A DNA stretch of 64,000 bases, from NCBI GenBank assembly GCA_963695855.1, contig CAVOHZ010000008.1:160001-224000 (forward strand), given 5' to 3'. Origin of the DNA: an uncultured Nitrososphaerales archaeon (lineage in GTDB: Archaea; Thermoproteota; Nitrososphaeria; Nitrososphaerales; Nitrososphaeraceae). The notes beneath the pieces were generated by a model. It was not told the DNA's origin, did not search any database, and saw only the letters and a program-made list of their open reading frames with translations. This document shows positions 45,387 through 56,436 of the stretch, in pieces. Within the stretch, counting starts at the first letter, position 1, and each line of letters starts with the position of its first letter. The position numbers were made by a program, and so were the translations under genes.

Positions 45387-45626
45387 TTAGGATGTCTGGG
45401 TGATTGAGAATTTTAATAGTGGCATAGATGACAATAATAACACACATGAATTATCTTTTTCCAAAAAACTGCCAAATGCTATTACAACCTTTAAATTATT
45501 ATTTTGATGATGTTTAGAGGAACTATTATTTCTCATGTACGTAAGAAATTCATTTACTATCTCTATATTCCTGGAATTAGGGATAAACTGAATCCTTCCT
45601 ACTGTTGTAGATAGTTTCATTGGCAT
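45387..45626 (-). pseudogene. N-terminal remnant of a thaumarchaeal-type tyrosine integrase
   Basis: MPMKLSTTV..I..IPN..N....EF..YM..N.SS..HQNNNLKVVIAF recalled as the SAM-like N-terminus of these integrases; catalytic domain absent. Confidence 0.65.
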
Positions 45627-45994
45627 TTATGAGATCTTTCTCCTCTTATATACAAGATATAATATCAATTCCAAGTACATGAACCCGCTTATATAATGCG
45701 GCCAGTAGTTTCCGTTGTGATATTGGTACTAAAAACGGATTTAAAATATTATAGTTAATTACGAGCTATAAACTTTTCTATTTCACCAGATTTTATTTAA
45801 TTTTTGATATGATCTTGATTAAAATCTATAACTCAATTTTTGAAGATCTGTTATATCAATACCATTTTATCAGTTCTTGTATTAAATTTAGAATCGATTC
45901 GACTTATTCTTGACCTTTCTTAGTCAATTTATATTTTACTGGCATGTAAAAATGAATAATAAAAACCTTAAATGTATGCAAATGTATTATAACC

Positions 45995-46105
45995 ATGATG
46001 TCATCAGCAACCAAAGTCAATAAATGCGAAGAATGTGGTGAATCATTCAATTCTGAGCAGGAACTTAATAGGCATATTAACCAAGAGCATGTAGGAAACG
46101 CTTAA
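45995..46105 (+). CDS. 36-aa C2H2 zinc-finger microprotein
   Basis: MMSSATKVNKCEECGESFNSEQELNRHINQEHVGNA, canonical C-x2-C-x3-F-x5-L-x2-H-x4-H; T-rich tract follows. Confidence 0.8.
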   Translation: MMSSATKVNKCEECGESFNSEQELNRHINQEHVGNA

Positions 46106-46233
46106 AATCCTTCTTTATTTATTTATATTTTTGATTTTTATTCTAAAAGTCTAGTGAGCGTTAGTAGAATAACAAAATAAAATTAAAAAAAATATCATAA
46201 TTAATCTAAGAAAATGAGAAAAAAGAGAAAAAT

Positions 46234-46788
46234 TTATTTATTGTATGATCTTTCTATCTTTCTTGCATAATTGAGGTTATTTTGAACAATATCGTTGTAA
46301 TATTTTTGTGTAAGTTCTACTAATTTATTAAAATGTTCGACGCCACCAACAGCAATTTCATTTATGAAATTTGTTGCATTTACAGTACCTTCTTGTATGT
46401 TTTTGTTTAATATGTTGTATGTCTCAGAATATCTTTCTCGAATATTGAAATCGACCCATGACTTGAAGGCGTTATCCAGAAATTTAAGATATGAGGATTG
46501 ATAGGTATTAAGGACATTTTTTTGTAACTCCACAAAGTTATCTGTTATTTCTTGGGAAGTTTTGACTATCTGGTCTTGATTTTTCCCAAAAGTATCTGTA
46601 CTCTTTTCTAAGATCCTTTTAGTATCCGCTTGGAATTTATTTGCGCTTTCGCTAATCTTTTTTGTAGCTTCAGATATGTTAGACACTGTATTATTAATTT
46701 GTTGATTCTGCTCATCTATGTATTCTTCTGTAGATTCCTTAGATTTCTTAGTACTTTCTTTTATATCATCTTTTTTGGTAGTAGACAT
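46234..46788 (-). CDS. Asn/Gln-rich helical protein (possibly phasin-like)
   Basis: Paralogue of 30286-30711. Confidence 0.7.
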   Translation of the reverse strand: MSTTKKDDIKESTKKSKESTEEYIDEQNQQINNTVSNISEATKKISESANKFQADTKRILEKSTDTFGKNQDQIVKTSQEITDNFVELQKNVLNTYQSSYLKFLDNAFKSWVDFNIRERYSETYNILNKNIQEGTVNATNFINEIAVGGVEHFNKLVELTQKYYNDIVQNNLNYARKIERSYNK

Positions 46789-46839
46789 ATTATATAATAT
46801 ATAATCTTTGGGATATTAAGATTAGTATTGTAATGATGT

Positions 46840-47793
46840 GCATTGTTGCACAACTTGTTCTTCCCAACACATTTAGCTAACCAATTCTAGTCATATTATG
46901 TGAACTGGAGAAATTACAACGAATCTCTTGTTAAACGTGGTGAGGTATTACTGGATTTTGATATTATAGATAACTGGAATACTGAACTAGAGAAGATGAA
47001 TAAGGAAAAGGAAGGTAGGAAATTCGTATATCCAGATTCATTTGTCAAGTTATTGGGATATATGAGAGCATACTTTCACTTACCCTACAGACAAACAGAA
47101 GGCGTAGTTAGGGAACATGCTTTAAACACACTACCATCTATTCCAGATTATAGTAACATTAGCAGAAGAATAAATAGACTGGATATCAAGATTTCTGATG
47201 ATATAGCTAAATCTAGTGTACATGATGATAATTTTGTAATTGCAATTGATTCTACCGGTCTTAAAGTTACAAACAGGGGTGAATGGATTAGACACAAGTG
47301 GAATGTAAAGAGAGGATATCTAAAGATACATGCAGCAGGTGACATAAAAAAGAAGAGAATTCTATCATTAGATGTTACTAGTGAAGAAGTACATGATGTA
47401 AAAGTACTTCCAAAATTGGTTGATTATATAGCAATAAAACAGAATAAGGTAATAGATACTGCTATCATGGATGGTTCCTATGATAGTAACAAGATCTTTC
47501 AGTTTCTATCATTTAAAGGCATACAACCAGCAATAAAGGTAAGAAAGAATTCTAGATGCAGAAAGATCAATCATTACCTTAGAAACAAGACTGTAAAGAT
47601 CCAGAAGAATTATTTGCAAGAATGGAAAGATGGCGTACGTTATGGACAAAGATGGATGGTAGAGACTGTTTTTTTATGTATCAAGAGAATGTTTGGAGAA
47701 TATGTTACTGCTATCAGGTTAGCGAACATGATAAGAGAGATAATGTTGAAAGCATCGTTGTATAACTGGTTTCAAAGTATAACTATCAGATGA
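46840..47793 (+). mobile_element. IS5 family (IS903/ISH1-like) element, transposase 46900-47793
   Basis: NWRNYNESLVKRGE, AIDSTG, DGSYD, YGQRWMVET; candidate left IR gcattgttgcacaact; right IR not found. Confidence 0.9.
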
Positions 47794-47891
47794 GGAGTTT
47801 TTAGATAATTTAAAATATATTAAATTCGATGCTTATGTATAATGAACTTTTACAATTTTAGCAATAGTATTATCATGAATAACTGTTTTTA

Positions 47892-49229
47892 TTAATCAAA
47901 TATTTTTTTACATATATAGTTAATTTTAGTTACATATTCTTTTTTTGTAAAGACATATAATTTCAGAGGTAATTTTTCTTTAGGTATGACAGGAAATTTA
48001 TCATCCATTTCCTTTATTTTCCCATTCTTATCAATATACAAAAATGGCATTTCATCTGATAATAATGATTCTCTTGAAGACTTGTAACTTTTCATACCTA
48101 ATTCATTATTTTCAATGTAAACTATAACTAATTCTTTTGGAATTCCTGATTTCTCTGATAATTCTTCTTCATATTTTTCTAAAACTTTGGGATTTTTTAT
48201 CATTTCCATTCGTTTTCCAATCTGAATTTCTTCCATATTTTTTTCATAAGCACGTTTAAAAAGACGCCTATTTTTTAAATCGTTCATTATTGTAAATGAG
48301 TAACTATTGATATCATCAGTTTTCAAAACTAGTTCATAAATTGAACAGTCATCAAATTCAAAAAAGTTTTTAAGAAAATCCTGTTCACGTCCTTTGAATC
48401 TAAAAATTTCTTCTGATAATCCTCTTTCTGAAAATATTGCCAATTCTAATGATCGTAAAAACATCTGATCGGCTATTACTCTGGTATGATGTTGAATAAC
48501 TTGTACATATAGTGAAAAACGTGCTGATCTAAAACTGTCTACTGCAGGTATTCCCTTTTCTTTACTAACAGGATATTGAATTCCTCCATCTTCGGCAATT
48601 GTTAGAGTTGAGAGTATTCTTTCTAAATCAAAAATACCATATGTTGAGCCTGTATGATAAGAATCACGCCTAAGATAATCTAACTTATCTGCATCTAATT
48701 GACCAGAAATAATTGATTTAATAATACGATCAGGTTCTTCTTCATTGTTGTTTTCAAATAAATTCAAAACATCATTATAGATATCTGAAAGTATATTTTT
48801 TGAATTAACTTTTCCTTTTAATATAGAAGAAATATTTTCGTCATATTTTATTATTGCCTTGGTTACCTCCTCATGAGAAAATTTACGATCGTTTATTCTA
48901 ATTAAAATCTCCTCAAAAAGATGGGAAAAAGGTCCATGACCAACGTCATGTAATAATGCTGAAATCCTTGCAATTTCTCTTCTTTTATCTGTTATTTTAA
49001 AACATGAACACATTCTATCTGCAATGTGAAGTATGCCTAATGAATGCTCAAATCTAGTATGAACAGCACTTGGATAGACTAGATAAGTATGTGCAAGTTG
49101 TTTTATTCTGTTGAGTCTATGCATAAAAGGAGTAGCAATTAGAAGAGCCTCACGTTCTGAAAGATGAACAAATCCATATAATGGATCTCGTATTACCTTA
49201 TGATCCCAATATGATAGATCATAACTCAA
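47892..49229 (-). CDS. SAMHD1/YwfO-like HD-domain dNTP triphosphohydrolase
   Basis: DPLYG, RLNRIKQL, YPSAVHTRFEHSLG, LLHDVGHGPFSH, DADKLDYLRRD. Confidence 0.9.
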   Translation of the reverse strand: MSYDLSYWDHKVIRDPLYGFVHLSEREALLIATPFMHRLNRIKQLAHTYLVYPSAVHTRFEHSLGILHIADRMCSCFKITDKRREIARISALLHDVGHGPFSHLFEEILIRINDRKFSHEEVTKAIIKYDENISSILKGKVNSKNILSDIYNDVLNLFENNNEEEPDRIIKSIISGQLDADKLDYLRRDSYHTGSTYGIFDLERILSTLTIAEDGGIQYPVSKEKGIPAVDSFRSARFSLYVQVIQHHTRVIADQMFLRSLELAIFSERGLSEEIFRFKGREQDFLKNFFEFDDCSIYELVLKTDDINSYSFTIMNDLKNRRLFKRAYEKNMEEIQIGKRMEMIKNPKVLEKYEEELSEKSGIPKELVIVYIENNELGMKSYKSSRESLLSDEMPFLYIDKNGKIKEMDDKFPVIPKEKLPLKLYVFTKKEYVTKINYICKKIFD

Positions 49230-49245
49230 CGAAATTCAACTAAAC

Positions 49246-49803
49246 CTAGATTAAGTTAAGTAACTCTCTACTAGATTTTATTAAATCTTTATCATTAATA
49301 TTCCAACCATATTTTTTGGCCATTTGAGGTAAATAATATTCGTTCAGATTTGTTTTTGTTTTATTTTCAATATAATGAATTTTTGCAGCAAAAGATAATG
49401 CTTCTATTATATCTCCTTTTATTTCTTTTAGATTTTCAACAATTTTTTTTATTGTATTAAATGATTCTTTATTATTATTAATTAATTCTTCACAGTATTT
49501 TTTTCCCCTTTCTGTGAGTGAGTATGTATATAAGCCTCTATCATTTTCTGTTAAGAAATAGTCTTCATTAATCAATTTTAATGAAACCAAGCGACCTAGA
49601 CACATTGTTAACATAGGACTGAATGGACCATAATAGTGGTGGATATAATCATTATCAATATCTAATTTATTAACAACAAAGTATCCCAACTTTTGAAGAA
49701 TAGTTCTTCCTTTTATATAAGTACAATGCTCTGAAGCAGCAAGTATTAAAATAAGAAGATCGTATATATCCAATTTGTTACTATCAACCATAGTAAACGT
49801 CAT
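49246..49803 (-). CDS. YwgA/SocA-like winged-helix protein, operonic with the HD gene
   Basis: GRTILQKLGY...HYYGPFS...YSLTERG; 16-bp gap to the HD gene. Confidence 0.75.
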   Translation of the reverse strand: MTFTMVDSNKLDIYDLLILILAASEHCTYIKGRTILQKLGYFVVNKLDIDNDYIHHYYGPFSPMLTMCLGRLVSLKLINEDYFLTENDRGLYTYSLTERGKKYCEELINNNKESFNTIKKIVENLKEIKGDIIEALSFAAKIHYIENKTKTNLNEYYLPQMAKKYGWNINDKDLIKSSRELLNLI

Positions 49804-49884
49804 TTATCCAGGAATATAAACAGATATCTACATATTTATGGATTTTTTTATTAGTATTTATACCAATTAGCCTATATTTTCTAA

Positions 49885-50500
49885 TCAGATTTCATTATAC
49901 TCACATATACAGATTTATGCATAAGTGGGGATTCAAGCATAAGGTACCAAGAAAAGTACATGTGAGCACAGCATCAAAAGAAGATAAAAAAGATTTTAAA
50001 AAAGAGCAAGAAAGATAATGGACAATCTAAAAAATGAATGCACAGTAGTATCTACAGACGAATCATTCTTCTTCTATGATACTTGTAAGAAGAGTCTGGA
50101 TAAAGAAAGATGAAAGACCAGTTGTAAGGATTACTGGATCTCATCGAGTCAGTTCTATTTGGTGCCACAAGTTTAGAAGGAAAACAGTTATTTAGACAGT
50201 GTAACTGATTTGATGAAAACACCTTTCTTGATTATCTAAAACAGATACATAAAAAATTTCCAAAATGTTATTTGTTCCTAGATAAAGCAAAACAGCATCA
50301 CAGATCAAAAAAGGTACTGAAATATTTTGATGAATACAAAAAAGATCTAATTCCAGTATATCTTCCAACAGCATCTCCAGAGTTTATGGTACTTGAGGAA
50401 TGCTGGAATATAGCCAAAACCGATCTACTTGTTCTACAGTATCATTCATCCTTTACAGATTTCAAAAATAAAATATCCTCGTATTTTAGAACAAAAAAGA
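49885..50500 (+). pseudogene. Degraded IS630 element
   Basis: High similarity to 58168-59233 (HKWGFK.KVPRKVHV, LDKAKQH, PTASPEFM), with frameshifts and stops. Confidence 0.85.
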
Positions 50501-51360
50501 TCAAGTTTAGAAAGATGGATGCGATAAAGCAAAAAACATATTATTTGCAATTATTTTTTCAAAAAAGATTTTAACAAGAGGTAAAAAAATTCTAATGAAT
50601 TTTCAAATGAAATTACTCACTTCTTTTACACAAGATTTTCAATTATAGTGTATATTGTCTTCATGTATACGTATTTCTCATGATCCATTTTACATAAGAA
50701 TCATTTCAAAATATCATGTAAAGAAAAATATACCTTTTGAGTTGATGCACAATAACAATAATTTGGTTATTTCGATCAAATCTGCATTGGAAAATAAAAA
50801 GATATTGTTTCAGGAACTTAAATTATTAGTTATTCATTAGAATTTCTCACAAAATAATGACCATCAGCCGTAAAGTTAATAGAACCTTGTTTCTATCTTG
50901 CCAAAAGTTGGGTATCATTCTTTGTCAATTTTATTCAAATATGACGTGTGAGAAAAAATCTTTTTTCTATTTTGTAAAAATGTTGAACTAATTGAAATTT
51001 GTTAGATGGGAAAAGAAACAATAACTACATAAGAAACACTATTGAGCAGTCTTCTTGTTCCGGTAAATTGTCCTAAAAATTTTCGCCTCAAATCAAAATA
51101 TCTAACTGCAAAAATGAATAACCCGTTGTTTAATTTGCTTATAATTTTATTTCATTTTGTGCGTTTTTTGTTTGATATTTCTTCATGAAAATGAGTATTA
51201 TTCTCATGTTTTTACATAAGAGAATTCAATATACTCTAATAGTCTATAAACAAGAGTAATGATTAGACATTTTGTATAAGTCGTTACACAAGACTATACT
51301 GTTAGTATTGTATAGATCGCAAAAGTATTACTTTATGGCAAAAAATTACAGTATATTAAA

Positions 51361-51564
51361 TTAAATATACCTTATCCAGTAATGACCAAAACTACAATTA
51401 AACGATCTCATCATTCGTAGTGAGGAATCCCATTCTACCCAATTACCGTCTTCATTATAGTATCCACCAGAAGTTTGAAAGAATGGCTTCATATCAACTA
51501 CAAAAACTTTACTTCTTAAGTTAAATTGTTTACATGTTGGACAAATGACTTTGTCTACCATCAA
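51361..51564 (-). CDS. Small Zn-ribbon protein
   Basis: ICPTCK...FNCSFGHYW. Confidence 0.6.
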   Translation of the reverse strand: MMVDKVICPTCKQFNLRSKVFVVDMKPFFQTSGGYYNEDGNWVEWDSSLRMMRSFNCSFGHYWIRYI

Positions 51565-51705
51565 AATTCCTATGACGTGGTAATTATTATTATTTACTAA
51601 TTTATTTTGATCTTGTATTGATCTTTATCTTCTTTGGTTTGAATAATATCAATTGTTTTTTTATTTTGGTTAAGAAATAAAAGAAGAATTTTTATTACAT
51701 TTATC

Positions 51706-52145
51706 GTGGTCCTTGTACTGAGTGATATTTTATTTAGTCTTTTTAATCTGAACCTAATGCGATTACATCCAAATCTTTTTGTTATACGTAAATCCAGGAT
51801 TTGTCGTTCTATCTCATTTGTTACTTTTCCCTGGGTGTATATTATGTGGTTTTCTACTTTTATTCTGCAGATCATGTATTCCATACTTTAGGTACCTGTT
51901 CTTCCACTTGTAGTATGTCTTTCTGGATATCTTATACCATTTACAGATGTCAGTTATTGTATATCTCCTGTCCATTCTTTCTTATGAATTAAATTAAATC
52001 TTGTTTGTAATTCTATTTCGTATACACTTCCTAGCAGAACTAGAAAGTGTTACCTATGTCAGTAAACGAAATTGTAACCTATGTCAGTAAACGAAATTGT
52101 AACCTATGTCAGTAAACGAAATTGTAACCTATGTCAGTAAGTACA
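51706..52145 (-). mobile_element. IS481-like remnant: TGT-initiated end with 25-bp subterminal repeats and frameshifted HTH N-terminus
   Basis: ICKWYKISRKTYYKWKNRY...SRKPH...RFGCNRI; end reads TGTACTTACTGACATAGGTTAC on minus strand; repeat at 52052-52140. Confidence 0.7.
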
Positions 52146-52153
52146 ACACTTAA

Positions 52154-53464
52154 TCATCCAAGATCTACATTCCTGGTATCTGGATTAACCCTAGAACCTA
52201 TTATAACAATAATAGCACCTATTATAATATTTATAGCAACAGCATAATATAGACTAATACTATACTTATCAAAATAAGATAACAAAGTAATAGCTATTAA
52301 CGGAGCCCAAGAACCGACTAACAGTCCACCGTTATAAACGAAACCTGCTGCACTATTTCTAACCTCAGTAGGAAATCTCTCAGCTAAAAATGCAGGCATT
52401 GCTCCAAATCCACTAGCTACAAAGAAAACTAACAAAGAAGTGTACATAGCAATCTCAAAACTATTTGATGCAGTAAAGATCCCATTCAAAGAAGGTATAG
52501 CAATTAGTATTGCTACGATTCCAAATATTGTTAATATTTTTAATCGCCCAATGTATTGACTAATAAAACCTGCAAATAAATGGCCTATTAAGGAAAATAT
52601 TATAGTAACAATCATGATAGTTGCCACTTCCTGTCTTTCTAATTTTACATACTTTTCCAACAAGGTAGGCATAAAACCTGTAGAGCTATAATAGGAAAAT
52701 AAAAGGCCAGTCATGACTATCAAAGATAAAAAAAAGCGTCTTCTATTATCTTTATTAGATAAAACATTTTTTAAAGGAAGTCTAGCAATCTTCTTTTCTT
52801 TTACTTTCTTGATCCATATCTGTGATTCATCCATTTTTAATCTTACAAACAATGCCACTAGTCCTGGTATTATACCTGTAAAGAATAGTACTCTCCAACC
52901 TATCTCCATAAATTTATCATCAGGAAAGGCAGATTGAGTGAGTTGAAAAGAAATTGATGCAAGTAGGAAACCAACTGTAAATCCGCTTTGTACAAATCCT
53001 GAAAGAAGTCCTCGCATAGGTTTTGGTGAAGATTCCATACTGATTACCGCTCCACTACCCCATTCGCCACCAGCGAAAAAGCCTAGTGCGAATCTAATTA
53101 TTATCAATAAAATTGGTGCCAAAAGTCCTACAGATTGCCAGGTTGGCAATAAACCTGTGCAGAAAGTTACTATAGAAACACCTGTGATTGTTATTATCAT
53201 GGCATTCTTTCTTCCATGTTTATCACCGAAGTTTCCAAAGAATGCTCCACCAAGGGGTCTCATAATTAAGGTTACTACATATGTCCCAAAGGTAGCTAAA
53301 AGACTCAAGGATGGATCTGTAGAAGGAAAAAATAATTGATTGATTGATGCAATTACAAAAAGCATTAAAACAAGATCATAACCATCAAGAGTCCAGCCAA
53401 GCCAGGATCCAATAATTATAACTTTTTGGTGCTTTGTTAGTTCTTTGAGGGATAAGACAGACAC
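52154..53464 (-). CDS. MFS transporter (metabolite:H+ / sialate-type symporter)
   Basis: LGWTLDGYD, RPLGG.FFG..GDKHGRK, GGEWG, ERFPTEVR; about 12 TM helices. Confidence 0.93.
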   Translation of the reverse strand: MSVLSLKELTKHQKVIIIGSWLGWTLDGYDLVLMLFVIASINQLFFPSTDPSLSLLATFGTYVVTLIMRPLGGAFFGNFGDKHGRKNAMIITITGVSIVTFCTGLLPTWQSVGLLAPILLIIIRFALGFFAGGEWGSGAVISMESSPKPMRGLLSGFVQSGFTVGFLLASISFQLTQSAFPDDKFMEIGWRVLFFTGIIPGLVALFVRLKMDESQIWIKKVKEKKIARLPLKNVLSNKDNRRRFFLSLIVMTGLLFSYYSSTGFMPTLLEKYVKLERQEVATIMIVTIIFSLIGHLFAGFISQYIGRLKILTIFGIVAILIAIPSLNGIFTASNSFEIAMYTSLLVFFVASGFGAMPAFLAERFPTEVRNSAAGFVYNGGLLVGSWAPLIAITLLSYFDKYSISLYYAVAINIIIGAIIVIIGSRVNPDTRNVDLG

Positions 53465-53676
53465 TAATCACATCAAAAAAAAGTAGTATAAAAATGTTCT
53501 TATTAAAATCGTTGTGTATAATAAACATTTGTATTTATTTTAAAGTTATATATGTATTAACCTTTAAATACTTACTACAATTTATCTTTAAGGATAAGTA
53601 ACTATATAATGGTTAACTAATCCTACTGAAATATTGAAATTTTTTTTAATAATATTTTTGTTACTATGAACTTGAA

Positions 53677-53694
53677 TTTTTCGGCGCCGAAAAA
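53677..53694. promoter_or_regulatory. Perfect 18-bp palindrome, candidate operator upstream of the MFS gene
   Basis: TTTTTCGGCGCCGAAAAA; imperfect copy at 40199-40217. Confidence 0.45.
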
Positions 53695-54286
53695 ATAACA
53701 TTAAAAATATGAAAAAATATTTTCATACAATAGTCAACAGGATGGCTGGAATGGCTCAGATATATGCCATCCTGTTGTCAGTTACCCATCTTTTATGTAA
53801 TGTTATAATAACTTGGTATTTGTATTATTTATGATATTTGGTAATAAAAAATACTTTTTCATCATGTTATAATTTATCACGTAGAATCAATCGATATTCG
53901 TAGACTTATTACTCTTGTTTATTCGGATATACATGATATGAACTTGAGTTTTCTTAGTACGGTTCTAACACCATCTACATGTTAGTCCAATAAAAGAAAG
54001 CGCTCCTATTAGGACTATCCCTGCAATCATCCCTATGATGCAGATGTTGAATTTTGTTAATTTGAACATAACTCTTTATTCTCTTTAGAATAAAAAAAGA
54101 TTTTCCACATCTGAAAACAGAGTTGTCTGTAAAGAAGTAACGTAATTCAGAACTTACAAGTAAGAAGACCAATAGAGTTATAAGATACTGTATTTTGGTG
54201 TCGTGATTTCAATTCATCAATATATTTAAATATGTTAGAATTGTTATTAGTATTTTACTAAATTTATGGTAAAAATTCTATTATTC

Positions 54287-54406
54287 GGGTTCACCTTTTA
54301 TCAATAGGATTCAACTACATATTCCGCAAGATGGTCGGGAGTAGAATCCTCCATGTAGTGGGGTTCTACTACCTTGTATTTAGCTTTTATTGTTAGAAAT
54401 TTATTT
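54287..54406 (+). repeat. Junction element family B copy
   Basis: gcaagatggtcgggagtagaatcctccatgtagtggggttctactaccttgtatttagcttttatt. Confidence 0.85.
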
Positions 54407-54456
54407 CTGTTGATTTTACAGCTAAATTATAAATAAACCGGAGAATCAAACAAATA

Positions 54457-55020
54457 TTGAATTTGGTAGTTTTCAGGGAGCTTAATTACTATGATGACAA
54501 TAAATTATTGAAACAAAGTTTAGATATTTGTTTGACTTATTTTCCTCTTCAAGAAACAAGACCCTTGGAAAAAACTATTTCAATGATACAAAAAGATAAC
54601 AATTATCGTATTCTTGTAGCATTACAACATGAAACAGTAATAGGCATTTCTTTATTATATATATTTCCAGCATTAAAATTTGGATTATTGGATTCTATGA
54701 CAATTATAAAGGAATTTCAAGGTAAACGAATAGGAAGAAAACTTTTTAATTTTACATTTGACATATTTAGTTCAAGAATTTCTGATGGGATTGGACTTTT
54801 GATGGAAATCCAAAAAGATAATGTCCAAAACATTGAAGAAAATAATATTCAAAAAAACAGAATTAAATTTTATATAAATTTGGGTTGTAAATTTCTTCAT
54901 GGTATTAACTATTTAGCTCCATCGCAAATTGGTGGACAACCAGAAGAGATGTATTTAATGATTAAACCTATTAAAAATATAAAATCATTATCAAAATACG
55001 ACTTGAGCAGAGAGCGTTAA
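54457..55020 (+). CDS. GNAT family acetyltransferase
   Basis: EFQGKRIGRKLF motif A, RIKFY.NLG motif B; 3' end fused to foreign DNA. Confidence 0.85.
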   Translation: MNLVVFRELNYYDDNKLLKQSLDICLTYFPLQETRPLEKTISMIQKDNNYRILVALQHETVIGISLLYIFPALKFGLLDSMTIIKEFQGKRIGRKLFNFTFDIFSSRISDGIGLLMEIQKDNVQNIEENNIQKNRIKFYINLGCKFLHGINYLAPSQIGGQPEEMYLMIKPIKNIKSLSKYDLSRER

Positions 55021-55388
55021 AATTTGAGCAAGGTACAGCAGAATATGAGGCACTGTTAGAAAAAAGCAAAAAAGTTCTTAGAGCCATTGAGTCGGGGAAT
55101 GAGGACCCCCGTTTTACTGCGGAAGATAATGCTTTAATTGCGAAAGTCAGGGAGGTCAGGGCGTTGAAGGCGGATCTTGATAAGACTAAGAGGGAAAGTA
55201 TTCTGAAAGCAGGTATGTTACTGGAGAAATACCTAATGAGGGAATCAAAAAACCAAATCTGCACACAATTGAAACAAAGTTTCAAAGGAGTAATAAATCC
55301 GAGATTTATACAAGATTATTGTCCTCCAGAATGGAAACAGACAAAATAATATCATGATGATGGCAGGCAGGGAGATGAATAAACAGAA

Positions 55389-55875
55389 ATGAGTCAAAGT
55401 AATATCTATCCTAAAATCTGTGGTTATGGTTGCGGAATAAGGATTTACTGGAATACTGCAGTAAATGAATATTGGAAAGTTTTATCACAGAAAAAGCATA
55501 TCTGTCCTAATAGTATTAAAAGAACTACTACTGCAGCAACTACAGGTAATTCATAAAATTACACTAGAAAACCCTGGAATATTAAACCAAAAATGCCTAA
55601 TAATTCCTTCGAGTTACTGCAGGGTTCCATTACAGAAGTACAAAAACAATATGAGATATTATCGGATATTGTTATTTCAAATAATGTAAAGTTCATGGTT
55701 CGCAGAGGAATAGAGACAGAAGAACCGAATTACTTGACTTATTGGTTTACTATGTGGTTCCAGAAGGTAAGAGAGACGAAGTAAAAAGGAAGTTTGAGTT
55801 TATCAAAAACAAGCCTTCTTCCTCTACTAATGCTGCTAGTACCTATATTCCAAGTGGTAGTAGTGTAGCAGCCTA
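55389..55875 (+). pseudogene. Frameshifted Zn-finger protein of mobile-element type
   Basis: MSQSNIYPKICGYGCGIRIYWN..., continuing out of frame as KKHICPN. Confidence 0.5.
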
Positions 55876-55917
55876 ATCTATATATATACTTAAACTCCTA
55901 GTAGTAGTGTAATACGC

Positions 55918-56436
55918 ATGAAGGCATTATCAGACAAAGCGAAGGTTGAACAGTTAACGGATACGCTTGCTGACCTCCTTCGTCCCAGCGATGAGGAAAA
56001 TAGGGCCACAGAATTAAGTTTGTGGAAGGTATGGGCTTATCATTGTTACCGTTGTAATTATCTCTGGTTTCCTAAAGATTATGATTATGGGCTTGATAAT
56101 CCCATTCTAAATATGACTCCTCCTACGTCATGTGCCAGGTGTAAATCAAAATACTGGAATAAGATTCCACAAAGAAGGACAAAGAATTATGATAATATGC
56201 TTGCACTTCCCAGAATAGTGGCATTGAGTTTGAAGTATTTTCTTGATAGGTTTGGCAGTCCTGAAGAATTCCAGAAAGTGTATAGGGAATTCATGGCACG
56301 TAATCCCTATATAAAAGATAACGTAGAATTTGACGAAGCGTTCAGAAAAGAATTCGATACCCCTGACAGGATAATAATATCTAGAAATGTGAGAGATATA
56401 ATTGATAGTGCAGTAGAGATAAGAAGAAATAACTAA
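55918..56436 (+). CDS. Zn-ribbon hypothetical protein
   Basis: HCYRCNYLW...PTSCARCKSKYWN. Confidence 0.75.
   Translation: MKALSDKAKVEQLTDTLADLLRPSDEENRATELSLWKVWAYHCYRCNYLWFPKDYDYGLDNPILNMTPPTSCARCKSKYWNKIPQRRTKNYDNMLALPRIVALSLKYFLDRFGSPEEFQKVYREFMARNPYIKDNVEFDEAFRKEFDTPDRIIISRNVRDIIDSAVEIRRNN

Noticed and set aside
49899-49918. Third copy of the tctcatatacagattta segment from 18304 and 29869
   Set aside because: Coincidental match inside IS630 coding sequence (HIYRFM).
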